DNA of 61,400 nucleotides, the filler included, from Sphacelaria rigidula (Eukaryota): NCBI GenBank assembly GCA_964200075.2. It is 11 parts of 11 records of this genome, joined end to end, with 100 filler letters (N's around TTAATTAATTAA, not from the genome) between each part and the next. Parts side by side here need not be neighbours in the genome. Positions count along the whole stretch, not along the records: positions 22,366 to 27,856 come from CAXNAA020026893.1; positions 27,957 to 33,447 come from CAXNAA020026894.1; positions 33,548 to 39,038 come from CAXNAA020026895.1; positions 39,139 to 44,629 come from CAXNAA020026896.1; 7 more parts are not named here. One strand, given 5' to 3'. The notes beneath the pieces were generated by a model. It saw nothing but the letters and a program-made list of their open reading frames with translations. It ran no database searches and was not told the origin of the DNA. This document shows positions 26,541 through 39,382 of the stretch, one piece after another (position 1 is the first letter of the stretch; each line of letters starts with the position of its first letter). The position numbers and the translations under genes were made by a program.

Positions 26541-26963
26541 TTTGGACATGTCATTCTTCTCTTCATCTGTTGTTACTTGGAGTTGACTTATCGCGTAGCG
26601 CTTAATATTGGTTTATCTTCTACGAAGAATCTAGCCGTGGTCATGAAATGAGCTCACGTATAGTACGTACCCAAGGTGAATCAACAGAGATACTCACAAA
26701 TAACACAAGCCGTTTAGCCTAGAAGACGCGAACTTGTAGTTTGCGGGCCCCACTTCACCTAAATTTCGAGAGTTGGACAATCCAGTTTGAAACGGAAAAC
26801 GAATTGGGTATATTACAGAAAAAAAGTCGAGACACTGAGTTTATTCGTTCTTCATGAGTTGACAGCATTCAGCTGAAAGCAGGATACTGGTTGTTGCATT
26901 TTACTCATGGAATCAAAACTTAGTGTCCCGACTTTTTCTTTCATTATCATGTCCTCTCCTTCG

Positions 26964-27007
26964 CTTTGCTTTGCTTTGCTTTGCTTTGCTTTGCTTTGCT
27001 TTGCTTT
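26964..27007 (+). repeat. (GCTTT)n microsatellite
   Basis: About nine tandem copies, read directly. Confidence 0.9.
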
Positions 27008-28039
27008 TCCTTTTTCTGCTTGTTTTTGTCATCGTTTTTTTATACGTTTGTATTTGTTTTATCTTTCCCCCCAGTTTTCTCCGTTTGTTCGTTTGACCTT
27101 TTTGTTGCCTCCCCGCTGTTATTCTTCTTTAGCGAGCGTTTTGTTCTTGTTCACCCTCTGGGTACGTCTACAGTATAATGCCACCCCGGCTAGGTCCTTC
27201 GCAAATCAGTTAATGTGCGACAATATAATATACCAATCAAACCAACGGCAAATTGTTCCCATGAACGAGGGTTTCAATCCTCTTCCGGGGTGCGTTGAAT
27301 AGATAATAGTTCAAGACAAAACTGCAGAGACTAGGAGGTGTTGTCCTTGATCTAAGAATCACTAGTGTGATCTGATTTCCACGAATATACTGACCATTAG
27401 ATTAGGATGTTCCTTATGTTGTCCCCGTTTATTTTTTCTTGGTTATTTCTTCCTTTTCTCTTCAGTCGGTGTCTTTTTTCCACATGTCACATAATCAGTG
27501 TTTGTGTCTCGCGTGCTTGAGAGTTTCCGTCCGAATCACGCGTAGGGTCCTGGGACAACTGAACCCTAATTTTCTTTATTCCGCGACCGTGGTTTGTTTT
27601 TGCTTTTATTTTTTTGTGCGGAACCGTTCGACAGTTTCTACGTCAGCACCCCCGACAAAGTGGCTGGTTTGGGGAGGCAAAATCTACGCGTAAATAGAAA
27701 TGGAAAAAAAACGAGCAAAAAGAGCAGCTGGGAATTCCTACGCTTGGGTTCGTTTTCGCCAATATCTCAGGCGCTTTGAGGAGCCTGAAACAAAACCTCA
27801 GGAGCGCTGTATGACAATTTTCTACGTGACATATTTGGGATGGTTTTGAGGGGGGGNNNNNNNNNNNNNNNNNNNNNNNNNNNNNNNNNNNNNNNNNNNN
27901 TTAATTAATTAANNNNNNNNNNNNNNNNNNNNNNNNNNNNNNNNNNNNNNNNNNNNCATCCCGGCTTTGTAGGGATGCGAGGTCAATGGTCTGATGACTA
28001 TGGCACGCATGATCATGCGTACACCCCCCGGGGTGTTGT

Positions 28040-28410
28040 GTGTTGTGTTTGTTGGCGTCCCTTTTATTGTGGGCACCAGTCTACACCTTTCGGTATACGT
28101 GGGCGCATCAGCCGGGGTCATACAGGAGGAAGGTCAACACAGGAGCTCTTACAGTTTTGATTTGTTTTTAATACCCCCACCTTCCTTCTGCGGTGATTGC
28201 CTTTATTTTTTATCGCGAGAGGGGTTCAGCAGTCCCTTTCCCTCGTCGACGGTTAAGTCGAATTATGTTCACCCACGACATACGTAGTCGCTCTCCACCG
28301 TAGGGCATGGTGTGAGGAAAAATCCCAGATCGTTCCGAAATTTTTTGAACCCACGACCCAACCGTCACAAGGGGTCGAGGTTACCGACTGAGCCACCGGG
28401 GCGACCGGCT
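28040..28410 (-). mobile_element. tRNA-derived SINE copy
   Basis: Reverse complement of the SINE, ending ttaccgactgagccaccggggcgaccggct. Confidence 0.75.
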
Positions 28411-29048
28411 TCAGTCATTGAAAACGTGAGCACGTGAGTAGCATGGACAATTGAACGCAAGTCGATGCGGTGCGGGAGTGGTGATCCAATTCGCGAGACC
28501 ATAAGGTCAGGCATGCACCGGGGGAGAGATGGATCAATCCCTCGGTACTACGGTCTAGTCCCGATGAAGTAGAGGTTCAAGGTATTTCGGGAAAAAAAAA
28601 ATGTCACTGCCTGTAGCGTTTCATCAGGGGCAGAACAGAATAGTGTCACTATTCAATGCACCGATCATTTTCTTCACTCTTCCTGTCGCAATACAATGGG
28701 GAAACATCCATAGGGACACCACACCGTACAAACTTTGGCCTCGAATCTGCTATGTTTGTTGTAATATTTCTGCGCAGGGACGAATAATGTGGAATATCCT
28801 GCCGTGCCTACGGTGTAGCCCGGAACAAAACTGTATGCGCAGCTTCCGTCAGGCGTTGTTCATAACATTTCCGAGTCTTTATTTCCCTCTCCACCCAACA
28901 GCGGGTCAATTACAAAGTACCAGTGTCACATGTACTTGCACATGTTTTGGTACATGATATACCTGCAGGGCTCCTTTGGCCCTTGTTAGAGAGCAAAACG
29001 CTTCAGCTGAACCTGCAATGTTTCCTCGCCACATCCATTTTTTCGCAG

Positions 29049-29669
29049 GCTATGCTGATCAACAGCGCAGACCTCATGGGTGGCAGTGCGGAGCCCGACG
29101 GCTTGCGTGGATTCGGGCGTATATATCTCGAGGGTGGCATGCCGTTGGAAGGTTCGGGAGATATGGCCCTATTTGTGGCGGACGCCGCCGACCACAGTAT
29201 CGAGGAGAACTCCATACACCGATACTCGCTCGACGTAAACTCGGATACGGGTGTCGACATGCGCGTCACACTCGCTTGGATTGACCCCTCCGCATCGGAG
29301 ACCGCGAGCATACAACTCGTTCATGACCTAGACCTGACCGTCGTGTCGCCCGGGGGCGTGGAATACCGAATGTGGGGCAGCGTTGCAGACCCTCGAAACG
29401 TGGTGGAACGTGTGATAATCTCCTCTGACGATATCGACTCGGATAACGCCGGTGACTGGGTTGTGGAGGTATCCTCGGAAAGCCTCACGGAATCGTCTCA
29501 GCCATACTCTCTCGTGGTGACGGGACCGATCGCGGGTGTAACCACCACAGTAGCGGAAAACAGCGCCGCTTCTGCCATCGTGTATTCTGTGGGCCTCGCT
29601 CGCGCAATGGCTTTGGCTACCACGGCCACAACTGCTCTTGTACTGGCAGCCGCGATGTGGACCGTGTGA
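29049..29669 (+). CDS. Terminal exon of a subtilisin-like (S8, KP-43/TagC-like) serine protease with C-terminal beta-domain and hydrophobic tail
   Basis: ttttcgcag acceptor. Motifs AMLINSA, GFGRI, VTLAWIDP, LVHDLDLTV, NVVERV and QPYSLVVTG are typical of the C-terminal part of KP-43-like subtilases. It ends in a hydrophobic stretch and TGA. Confidence 0.88.
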   Translation, partial: AMLINSADLMGGSAEPDGLRGFGRIYLEGGMPLEGSGDMALFVADAADHSIEENSIHRYSLDVNSDTGVDMRVTLAWIDPSASETASIQLVHDLDLTVVSPGGVEYRMWGSVADPRNVVERVIISSDDIDSDNAGDWVVEVSSESLTESSQPYSLVVTGPIAGVTTTVAENSAASAIVYSVGLARAMALATTATTALVLAAAMWTV

Positions 29670-32600
29670 TGTGGTTGGGTCGAGGATTCGGGAAGGATCG
29701 TTTGGGTGTTCCGTGGTGTGCAGATTGGAATCTGTTTGTCGGGTTGGCCCACTAGTTGTTGGTATTTACTTGTCTCTTCACTTGAGTCAACTAGCTGTTT
29801 TCAGAAGCCCAGAATACACCATCCAGGTATCACCTGGTTGTTATTGGGGGTATGCGGTGTCGTCAAGCGTCAACCAATTTGTCTTCGGTATCTCAGAATT
29901 TTCTGCTTCTCTGCGTCTGTCGAAGCCCCTAGACGCAGGCTGAAGACGTACAGAGAAATCATGATGATTTTTTGTGGCATAAGCTTACGTCGTATGAGCG
30001 GCGTATTGATCCCAGGTAGCACTCCCCACTGTATTGGGTCTGCACAAAAATGCCACAACTTTGTGCACTCATGTCGAGGGTGTGGGTCTGTCATTCGCTG
30101 TACGCGTGGTGATGTACTCTGTTCAAATGTGGTGATATAGTATGTGTCTTGGCACTACGGTATTTGTTATTGTGCATAGTTGGGGCGTGAGTATTATCTC
30201 CAGAGCCCTTTTTTCCCTATTTTCAGCACCTATACTTTTGTATTCGAGAGCATCGTGTGATTCCTTGGTTGCTGTTGCCGGCAAACATTTGGTTGTAGTT
30301 GTACCATACACTTCCCCGTCTCTCCCCTTAGAGGGCACATGGAAGAAGCACAACAAAGTTTGGCACGATACGAAGGAGATATATTTCTTCGAAACAACGA
30401 TAAACAAACGGGATAAATAAGCATAGAGGGGTCAACACTCAGGATGTCAATGCGGCCGAGGAGAGCAGGCGGGAGATGGCAGAATTTGTGGCCAGATATG
30501 TACCGAACTGAATATGACGGAGGTGGCAGGAATATCCACCTTCCCCCCATTTTGTTTTTCCCTCGTTGATTGCCTTCCTTTCATTGCACCCTCTCCCCGA
30601 TGGGATGTAAGGTAATATAGAGTCCTTCTTGTTATGTATAGTATATTCTTATATATTCCTTTTTCTTTGAGTGTCTGCGTACGGGTGGGATGTACCTGGC
30701 CGGTACATACCCGACATGGAATATCCCAGCATGATGGAAATGTGACGTACCGTTCTTCTTTCTCGGAAGGAATTTTTGAAGTAGTATGTGTGTCCTGCTA
30801 TTTTAAGCCCCCCCAGTCATGTGTAGATATGGGTGGGGAAAGGGCACAGCTGGCGTACCCCAGCGGGTAGTATACATTCCGGCCTAGTTGAGGCACAAGC
30901 ATAAATCCATGCGATTTTATTGGTACGGTTAGTGATCTTTGATTCTTGATTTTGGTAGTTATTTCTCCTTGTGTTTGCTTGCCGAGTAGGAGCGTTGGGC
31001 TCCATTTTATCTCCATGAGTCTCACGGTTGCTTCCGGCATTGGATCTCTTGGGAGTATCATCGTTGTTTTGCATATTATTGCGTTTGCGTTGATTTGCTG
31101 CTTCCTGTTGTATTTTTATAGCTTTCGAGTTTCACATTTCATGTGTTCGGCAGATAGCCTGTGACAACGGAAGGCGTCCGCCTCAGATACCCAGTATAGA
31201 GTACTGCGCAGATATTGGAACGGTTTTAAATGTGAAGACAACAACAACAACAACGACGACAATGGATAATATCAAGTGTTCCTTGTTTCCATTCGTCAAT
31301 GCTGGTTTGGCAACACCCGGTGAAGTTGATTGACTCTTGCTCGCACAGCTTGCGTGCATTGTTTCAACCATGATGCTCGTTTCAAGAGGACTACGCTTGA
31401 CAGGGGACCTTGCGTGGTGAGGTTTAGCCGTGATATCATTTGGCATTATCAACAGTGACTGAGGAAGATCGCTTGAAGTCATCTCCTTTCCCGCTAAAAG
31501 TGTGTGCTGAGTTGTGACGTGACATTCCATCTCAGCTACAAGAATAATCACGGATTTGGGAAAACCGAGCGAAGCTGTTTCCTTTTCAGCACATGGCGTT
31601 CTGATGTTAGTGTGTGACACCTGTTCTCATGTATCAACCCTGTTTTCGCAGCATCAACCATCGAAGTTTACTTATGTTCCCACAACTTATTTTTTCGAAC
31701 GATTATTTTATTGATTGATTGTCACACTCAACTGATCCCTCAGGAGTCATTATCCAGCCGTGGTCATTATTCATATGTTGGACGTACCTGAGGCATAACA
31801 AACCTAAAACATTCGCTGGAAAGTGAAGGAAAAAAAGAAGAGGTGGTACACACACAGCAGGATTTGACAAGAAAAAAAAATAGTAATGGCTGGTCTCTGC
31901 CGCACGGCTTCGGTGGAAAGGTCTTGCGCAGAAACCACACTCCTACCCGATCATCAATAATCGTAGAAAACAAGAGGTCGTGGAAGAAGATTGCACCCCA
32001 TCTACCCTCACTATTCAGGTATCAAAGCTCTCATCCATGACTCCTGCGGAGGCGATGACACCAAACTGCTCTGACGTGCATCGGCAGCAAAGAACACGTA
32101 CATGGAAAGAGAGATAGGGGGGAAAGCGAGATTAGAGAAAGAGACTGCGGGAGCGTTGAAACCCAAAGGATTCAGAGCAGCAAAGTACTTCTGTGCTGAG
32201 GTTTGGTCATGGCACTTGGCCCCATCTCTACAAACACCGATCACGGATCACCGGGGCGAAATCGCTTCTGCTCCAATAAAGGCTGTGTGATATGTTTTTT
32301 ATTACGCCCGTTGGCCTTCATCAATTCTAGATCAGGAGCAAGCGGTGGAGTCTTCCTGGTAAGATCTGTCTGCTATTCATGGCATTCGTCTTCTCCGTCA
32401 CACATGGATTCGGAGACAACGGATTTGTTCAGCTCTTGTTGGCACGACTTGTCTGTTGAGGTTTATACGAAGTAATTGATACACGTCCTCCTCTATGAGC
32501 ATGGTTATTATGTGGACAGCCGGTAAAGTCAGTCATTCGTAAAAAATCTCATGCGCTGGGTTGCACCCGTGATGCTTACTCTTCTCAAGGAACACTGATT

Positions 32601-33339
32601 GGCGGCACCCGATGAAGGTCCTCTAGTTGACAAGAACTCGTAATGTGGGTTGCATCCGTGATAGTTGGTCTCTTTCGTCGACACTGAGGAGGGAACACCG
32701 GGTTGAAATACTCCTCTTGGTGAAAACTCTTGTTTAATCAGCACGGGTATAGAAACGCGTCGTGAATTTAGCTCTTTGTCAGCAAAGCTTGTCTGATTGC
32801 ACTCATGGCATGGATTCTCTCCGATACAGATTCGCGTAGGCCCCGTAAAATTAACTCTCTTTTGAGGTTTTGGTGACGGATACTGTGAGTGGATTGTTAT
32901 AGTGATGGAGTAGGTAATGATTTGGCTGAGGTCTCTCAGTACAAGTGCCAGGAGATACCATTGGTTCCAGCTAGACAAAGCTGTCACGTGGGCACACCAT
33001 AGGCCCTATGGCTATCCATCGAAATTCATAGTAGGATGGCTCGGTAGACTATGAATAAACACAAAAGAGGTACTCTCCGTGAGAAGGATACTTATGAAAC
33101 GGTCTTACGTGGTTCGTTGTTTCGTTGAAACGCGACAGATTGTACCGCTATCTTCTGTTGCAATAACTTCATTCAGACATACTGAATATAGACTACATCG
33201 TCTAGATTTTTCCAACATAGACTGGTGCCCAGAATAAATGGGACGGCAACACACACATATGTAAACTGCTGATTGAAGACTTACATATTAGATAGGATCA
33301 CATTATATCTACATGCAGCTCTCTTACTCAGTACAGCCG

Positions 33340-33447
33340 GGGCGCAGCCATGAACAGCCAATTTTAAATTTTGGGGTTCAACACTAAAATGGGGCTGAAG
33401 TCGCATTTCTCTATTGCAGGGAAGATACGAAAGAGTAACACAGAGCG
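33340..33447 (-). repeat. Dispersed repeat also at ~147-240, 16804-16850 and 18093-18156
   Basis: Reverse complement of cgctctgtgttactctttcgtatcttccctgcaatagagaaatg and of ccccaaaatttaaaatcggctgtt. Confidence 0.75.
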
Positions 33448-35270
33448 NNNNNNNNNNNNNNNNNNNNNNNNNNNNNNNNNNNNNNNNNNNNTTAATTAAT
33501 TAANNNNNNNNNNNNNNNNNNNNNNNNNNNNNNNNNNNNNNNNNNNNATCCCGACAAAGCCGGGACGGAGCACGGTGGGTTGGGTGGGTGGAGGAGGAGG
33601 GGGGGGGGGGGGGCTCATTTTGTACCTTGGCTTCGTCATTCGACCGTTGACCACGCACCCCTTTCGAGACAGAGCACCGTTCCTACTCCTAATGGAGACA
33701 CCTTCACCATTTCGGCGCTCATTACGCTTCTTCCATACATTTCACAAAAACCAATTACATATGGGGGGGGGTGTACTCATAATCTTGCATGCCGTCGTTA
33801 TACGGCGATTCACCTCGCATGCCTACAAAGCCGGGACGGAGCACGCCGGATTTTTGCCGGACCAGGCTCGCAGTCAATCACCAAGCACGAAGCGCCGTGG
33901 TGTGGTCGGCGAGTCGCACGAAGAGTGAGCTGCATCCTGCTAGGATTGTTCGGCCCAAAGCCCACCGATTATCTTGCATTTTGATGGCAGCCTACAATGA
34001 GTTGCTTCATTCTCTGGTATCGCCTTTTCCAGAGACAGCCACGGTTTACACGCTGCCTCATTTGTGTGCCTCACCATGTAGACACTACGTAGTATGATCA
34101 TCTTCTCTGCACAGATTGGAGGGGGGGGGAGTTGAACCATTTCTTGTACGAAAATGAGACTTGAAATCGCCGTTGACAGCAGCAACTTTGTTCAAGATCG
34201 CTCGGTACCCGTGATTCGGTTTTCACCCAAATACAAGCGCACTGCGAGACTCGTGTTGGATCGTCTGACACATTAACAAGCACCTGTTTTCGTGGCATCA
34301 CCCCCCCCTTCCCTAGCTCCGTCTCGAAAGGGATGCGTGGTCAACGGCCAAATGACTGAGGGGAGCAATAAATGAGTACGTTACCCTACACCCCCATTGT
34401 AGGATCACTCAATTTTTCTACATGGGCGTGTACAGGGGCGAAGACTTTAGTCCTTTGACTGCGGAGCAGTTAGCTTGAATCCCCACCTACCACTATGGGC
34501 GTATTAGCGGATATATTGCGTTTTTTTATCTACAATTCTCCTGCAGTTATGATCCGCGAACGCTTCACAGTCGCGAGGAATGCACTTAACTGCGTCGAAA
34601 CCGAATGCAAATGAAATTGTTGCATCTGATGGCTTGCTGGCGTTCTTGTGCAGAAGGTCGCGGATATTATACTACAGGATATTGTATACGAGTAAAAGGC
34701 CTGTCCCATCTCTTTACTTTTTTTTTTGTAGTAATAAAAACATATACATGAATATAGTAGCGGCCCACTCACAATAGTAGCTGAAATCAGACTCAGCCTG
34801 GGTTTTCATCTGATATGCAAAAGTTGCAAGGGTCGGACGACTGAATGATCCGTCTGGAAATCACTTGATGTTATTGTAATTGACTCGTACCCAACGAATC
34901 AATCCTCAGGCTTTATTTTCAGCGTTGCATGCCAGGTACGCGCAGCTCCGGCACGTGGAATGGCGCAAAAGTTGCGTAGAGACCTTTCTGACCAGCGGTC
35001 AACTTTCCTTTTTCGTTTTTCGAGCAATCAGGCCTGAAAAATCGTGGATTTTGGTGATTCGAACCGGCGATGATTCGTCCGAATATTGAAAGGTTGTATC
35101 GATGACGACCTTACTGTATTAGACTTAGTACAGCGGTCGTCGTTGAGGCTAAACATGTTCTTTTTTGTCGGAGGAATTTCAGCCTGATTTCCCCGCAACT
35201 TCATTTCTCATGAATGAATCGCTACTGTATGTAGGCGTAACACCAGCTCTTACATGGGCCCACACTGGTG

Positions 35271-35380
35271 TTGAACCCTCAGACCGTTTTGCTGGTAGTC
35301 CATCTGGACTACGCACTCTTTTTCAAGTGAAATTGATGCCGGTTCAGCAGGTGACCTACGCTCGCGGTCAAAGGGTTAAG
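35271..35380. mobile_element. piggyBac-like MITE copy
   Basis: aaccctcagaccg...cgcggtcaaagggttaa, homologous to 1-111. Confidence 0.55.
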
Positions 35381-36332
35381 TTCCATATTTCCAAAGGTTG
35401 TTCCCCCCCCCCCCCCCGTGAAATCGGGTTTTGCCTGGCCGCAGTTCTTCGGGCGAACGCAACAGGTTAGCTTGAGGCTCACGGCCCCAACACCCCTTGA
35501 ATCGGCAATACGGTATGAGGGTAGGGATGGCGGTACGCGTGTTACCGTTATTTTCCACATCATGACACTCAGTCATGGTCCAGGGGAGAAGTATGATTCT
35601 TGGGCTCTCTCTGGGCTATGTTGAATCCGTTTCTTGTCCTGAGGATATCCCACCATGTACAGGCGTTGCTTGAGCTGTGACGAAGCCGACCTAGTTTGGG
35701 AACGGCTCGGAGAAATCCGCAATTTTTCCTAAACGCATCGGCACGCGCTGGGGTGGGTGGGTGAGACTACGGGTTTTGAGTGGAAAGTAATGACTCCCGT
35801 TGCCCCTCGCACGAGGTAAAATTTACACGCGTTTGCTGGTTAGGTTATGTGTAGCCAGTCCTACACGGAGGGGCGTAAGGAGAGGTGGCTGATGTTATCG
35901 CGCACAAGCTCGTCGTTATAATTTGCGTCCCGTTCACGCCTCTCTGTACTTGGTACGGTCGGAAAATACGCATCAAAACGAACGTCACTTCTAGTCGACG
36001 GCCGTGCCTGCTCTGATCTTCGTCTGTTTTTCTTCCCTGTTGTTGTTGTTGTTGTTGTTGTTATTGTTGATGATGCTGCCTCTCGCTTTTTTCCCTTTCC
36101 TCTTCAAGCATTTCCAACTTCTTTGAAATTATGTCGGTGAGAACAACCGGACTCTCGTCGCATAGACCTCCTTCAACCATTTTTCCACCTGTGGCGTTTG
36201 TATCCATTGTGCATATGTATTTCGTATTTATTTCCCTGACAAATTATTTTGTGGTGTGAAACACAACTGCACCCCCCCCCCCCCCTCCAAAACCTCCAAA
36301 ACCTCCAATGGGCGCAATACCATTTTTTGCAG

Positions 36333-36465
36333 GTGGGCCACCGTAATGGCAAACAGGCTTCTTGTCAACCATGAGCCGGAATTGCAGGCGTTGATGACGT
36401 CATTCGGGGAGGGCAAGAGTGTGGGCGAGTGCGTGGCTGCGCTAGAGGGGGCGCGGACGAACTAA
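36333..36465 (+). CDS. Terminal exon of a peptidase-M41-like (FtsH protease-domain-only, VIR3-like) protein
   Basis: ttttttgcag acceptor. (R)WATVMANRLLVNHEPELQALMTSFGEGKSVGECVAALE resembles the RWA...LL...SVGECIxAIE C-terminus of this family, from recollection and not searched. Confidence 0.6.
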
Positions 36466-39382
36466 ACATTTTGGCGAAAAAAAGCTCTTAGTGGCAATAC
36501 ATAAACCCTGGAGAGAAGCACCTGTTCGCATAGGTGCCGATACTACGCGTTTTTCTCGTCTCCGTGTGAGACCATCAGTTTTATGGGTGTGGTTTTGGTG
36601 AGGGGCTCCGGCGTGTCGTGCGTGTGTGGACGGCCGTGGTGTTGCCGCAGGATGGAGTTGTAGTGCATGGATTGGCTCGATAAGAGCACTTACAGCGATT
36701 ATTTTGTCAAAAGATATATATATATATATATATATATGTACTGTTCCCCGAGTATGTGTAGAGAAACATAATAGTATCATGTTCATTGGGCGGGGTAAGA
36801 CTTGGGGGTGGTTCTTGTTCTTCGACCAAGGCTCGTTCTATTGTTTGCGTTTGATCGAGGAAGGAGACACTCGTTGGTACCATATTAACGTGATACTCTG
36901 TGCGGTCCGTTCGATCCTTTGGGGGATTCTTAATGACATGTTTCCCCTTCGACTACGCTGATTACTAGAGTCCCGTGGGCGTCGACGCAGCGGGAGAATT
37001 CCTCACTTAGGCTAAGTCTACGCATACGGTTGGCGCGGGGTGGAGGGAAAAGGATGACATCAGACGATATACCCCAACTCAGTACTTGCACAAAGTCGCT
37101 TTTTTTGTATTATTTTGATATTTTTGCCTATTTTATGGCTGCTTCGTCCCTTCCATGTGTATGGAATACATCGTCACTCTCAACGTACGAGTACGCACCT
37201 GCGAGTGTAGTCTGACGCCTATCGCTGGTCAGAAGCCAGAAAAGTGTCCCAGGAACCACTCCCAAATCTCTCCCACCCCTGCAAAAATATGTGCCGCAAA
37301 GACCGCGTCTTTCCTTCGTGGTCCTTAAGGCTGAGAAGGCTTCTACTGATCCTGAATTCAAAAAGTGTCCGTCCTGTCCTATCCTATCCGTCCAGACCTC
37401 ACTACGAAGCTTCGAAACACGCACTTCTTTTTTTCCCCGAATCGATTCGAAGCCGCTCTGCGCGAAAAAATCATCCCATCGCTCTTCTAATATCAATCGA
37501 GATACCCTCAACAAGTTTCAGCTTCATTGGTGCTCATGGCGCTCTGTTTCGCTTCTGTCTCTGGGCATATTCGAGAACACCTCCAATCCGACCCCTTTGG
37601 AGCAGAGCTAGTCTTGATTGAACTTCTCAGAGTTGACCGTCGCCACCTCAATCGAGGGACTTTTGGAGGTGGGAGGCATCACACGCAGCAACCGGCCCTC
37701 CGAATCACCTTGTACACCCTCAAGAAGGTTCAGCTTCATTGCTGCTTTCTGCATTGTCTTCGTTTGTGCGTACCAACGCCGTCCGTGGCTGAGGTGGAGG
37801 GGTTGTTGCAGTCCGCGTGTCATTCTCCAACAAGCTAAATTCCACTCACACGTCCGAGACACGTCGGTCTCTACTCCATCACTCTCTACCAGCCACGCAG
37901 AACCCCCAAGCGGAGCATCTTTCAAAACATGTGGTGCGTGTGTCGTTTCGTGTAATACTTTGAATGGACATATATCCGATAGATGAAGGTAACCCACAGT
38001 CAAACGAAATTTGTACGGTCCTGCTGTTCAAGCGCTTACTTTCTGGATTGACCGGTGAAGATCTCCCATGTTGCACAGCCCGGAGGGGAAAGCAATCAGG
38101 CTGTCTCTGCTGTGTGCCGAATGGTCCGTTTGACAAAACCACAAGCAACGATCTGCACGGTATTGATTGTATGTTGGCTCGCCACCGGTGGTGCAATGAG
38201 CACGAAACGCGAATGATTCCGAGACTGCGGGCTACGTGACGGTCTTTGATAAATCGGCCAGTCACGACTTGTGCTCGCCCCTCTTAGTATGGACGGATAT
38301 TCATCGATGAGTGATGTGTGTAGATGAGCGAGATGTCGCACTGGATAAAATGTGCGTGAGTAGATGTGTTTTTGTCGAAATCGGCGCCTGCACAGGATCA
38401 ACAAGCAACATACATGGTACCGTCCTATAGATGTGTCACTCAAGATCAGATCGCCATATGGACTCCTCCCATCACGGGCACATGGACTTCAGCAGCTTTA
38501 GTTATTCATGTATTAACCCTTAGCATAGTAGTACAGGAGAACATGACCATAGCCTCTCTTCACCAGAGTAGCAAAACCAAGCCTACTCATCATGGAGGTC
38601 ACCTATCACAGAGTCCGGCAATCAGACCCGCAACTCCACCTACGCAGTGTCCCTTCCCTTAAATAACAATGGTGGCTAGAGTCTACTGCACCTCCAAAGC
38701 TCTCTACTACTAACAAGCAGTTACATTAGAGCTAGACAAACTCAGAGACTATTGGTGCCTGATAGTACCGTCGTTTTCCGCAAAGAATAGCAATCTCCTC
38801 CGCTACCCTCGGCAACAGCTCCATACAAGCTTACCCCACTTCCGAACAACTAGCAAGAGATCCCAAGAAAATATCGTCCATCATGAACATACAATCACGC
38901 TATTTGCACCACCTCGAGTTACAAAGCGATAGCTAGCGAGTCATCCTACGATAGGGGTGGGGGTATTTTGGGCCATTTGTTGCTCGAAATTTCGAGTGAG
39001 ATCGTCGTTGAAGGCAGCAACGGTTGTTCGAACAAGCTNNNNNNNNNNNNNNNNNNNNNNNNNNNNNNNNNNNNNNNNNNNNTTAATTAATTAANNNNNN
39101 NNNNNNNNNNNNNNNNNNNNNNNNNNNNNNNNNNNNNNAAAAATACATTTTTCCGGGTCTTTATTTTTGTTTATTATAGGAAGCGGCCTCATGAGTGTAA
39201 AAAAAAAGCCGACGGATCGCAGCAAGAAAATAGGAAACCTTCTCTTGTTCCACTTGTCACTTGTACGGGTCTGAAAAATACGCGTTGGGCCAAAATTGTA
39301 GCATCTAAGCTATGAACCATCAACCATATCTTGCTCGAAAATGGTCAATTGCACATGATCGATTTTCCATTGTGAGTTCCAA

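Noticed and set aside
31183..32987. Minus-strand coding-like frames
   Set aside because: Several in-frame stops, no recognisable motif and no convincing splice sites.
37128..38700. Possible degenerate transposon ORF on the minus strand
   Set aside because: Interrupted frames with no diagnostic RT, endonuclease or transposase motif that I could identify.
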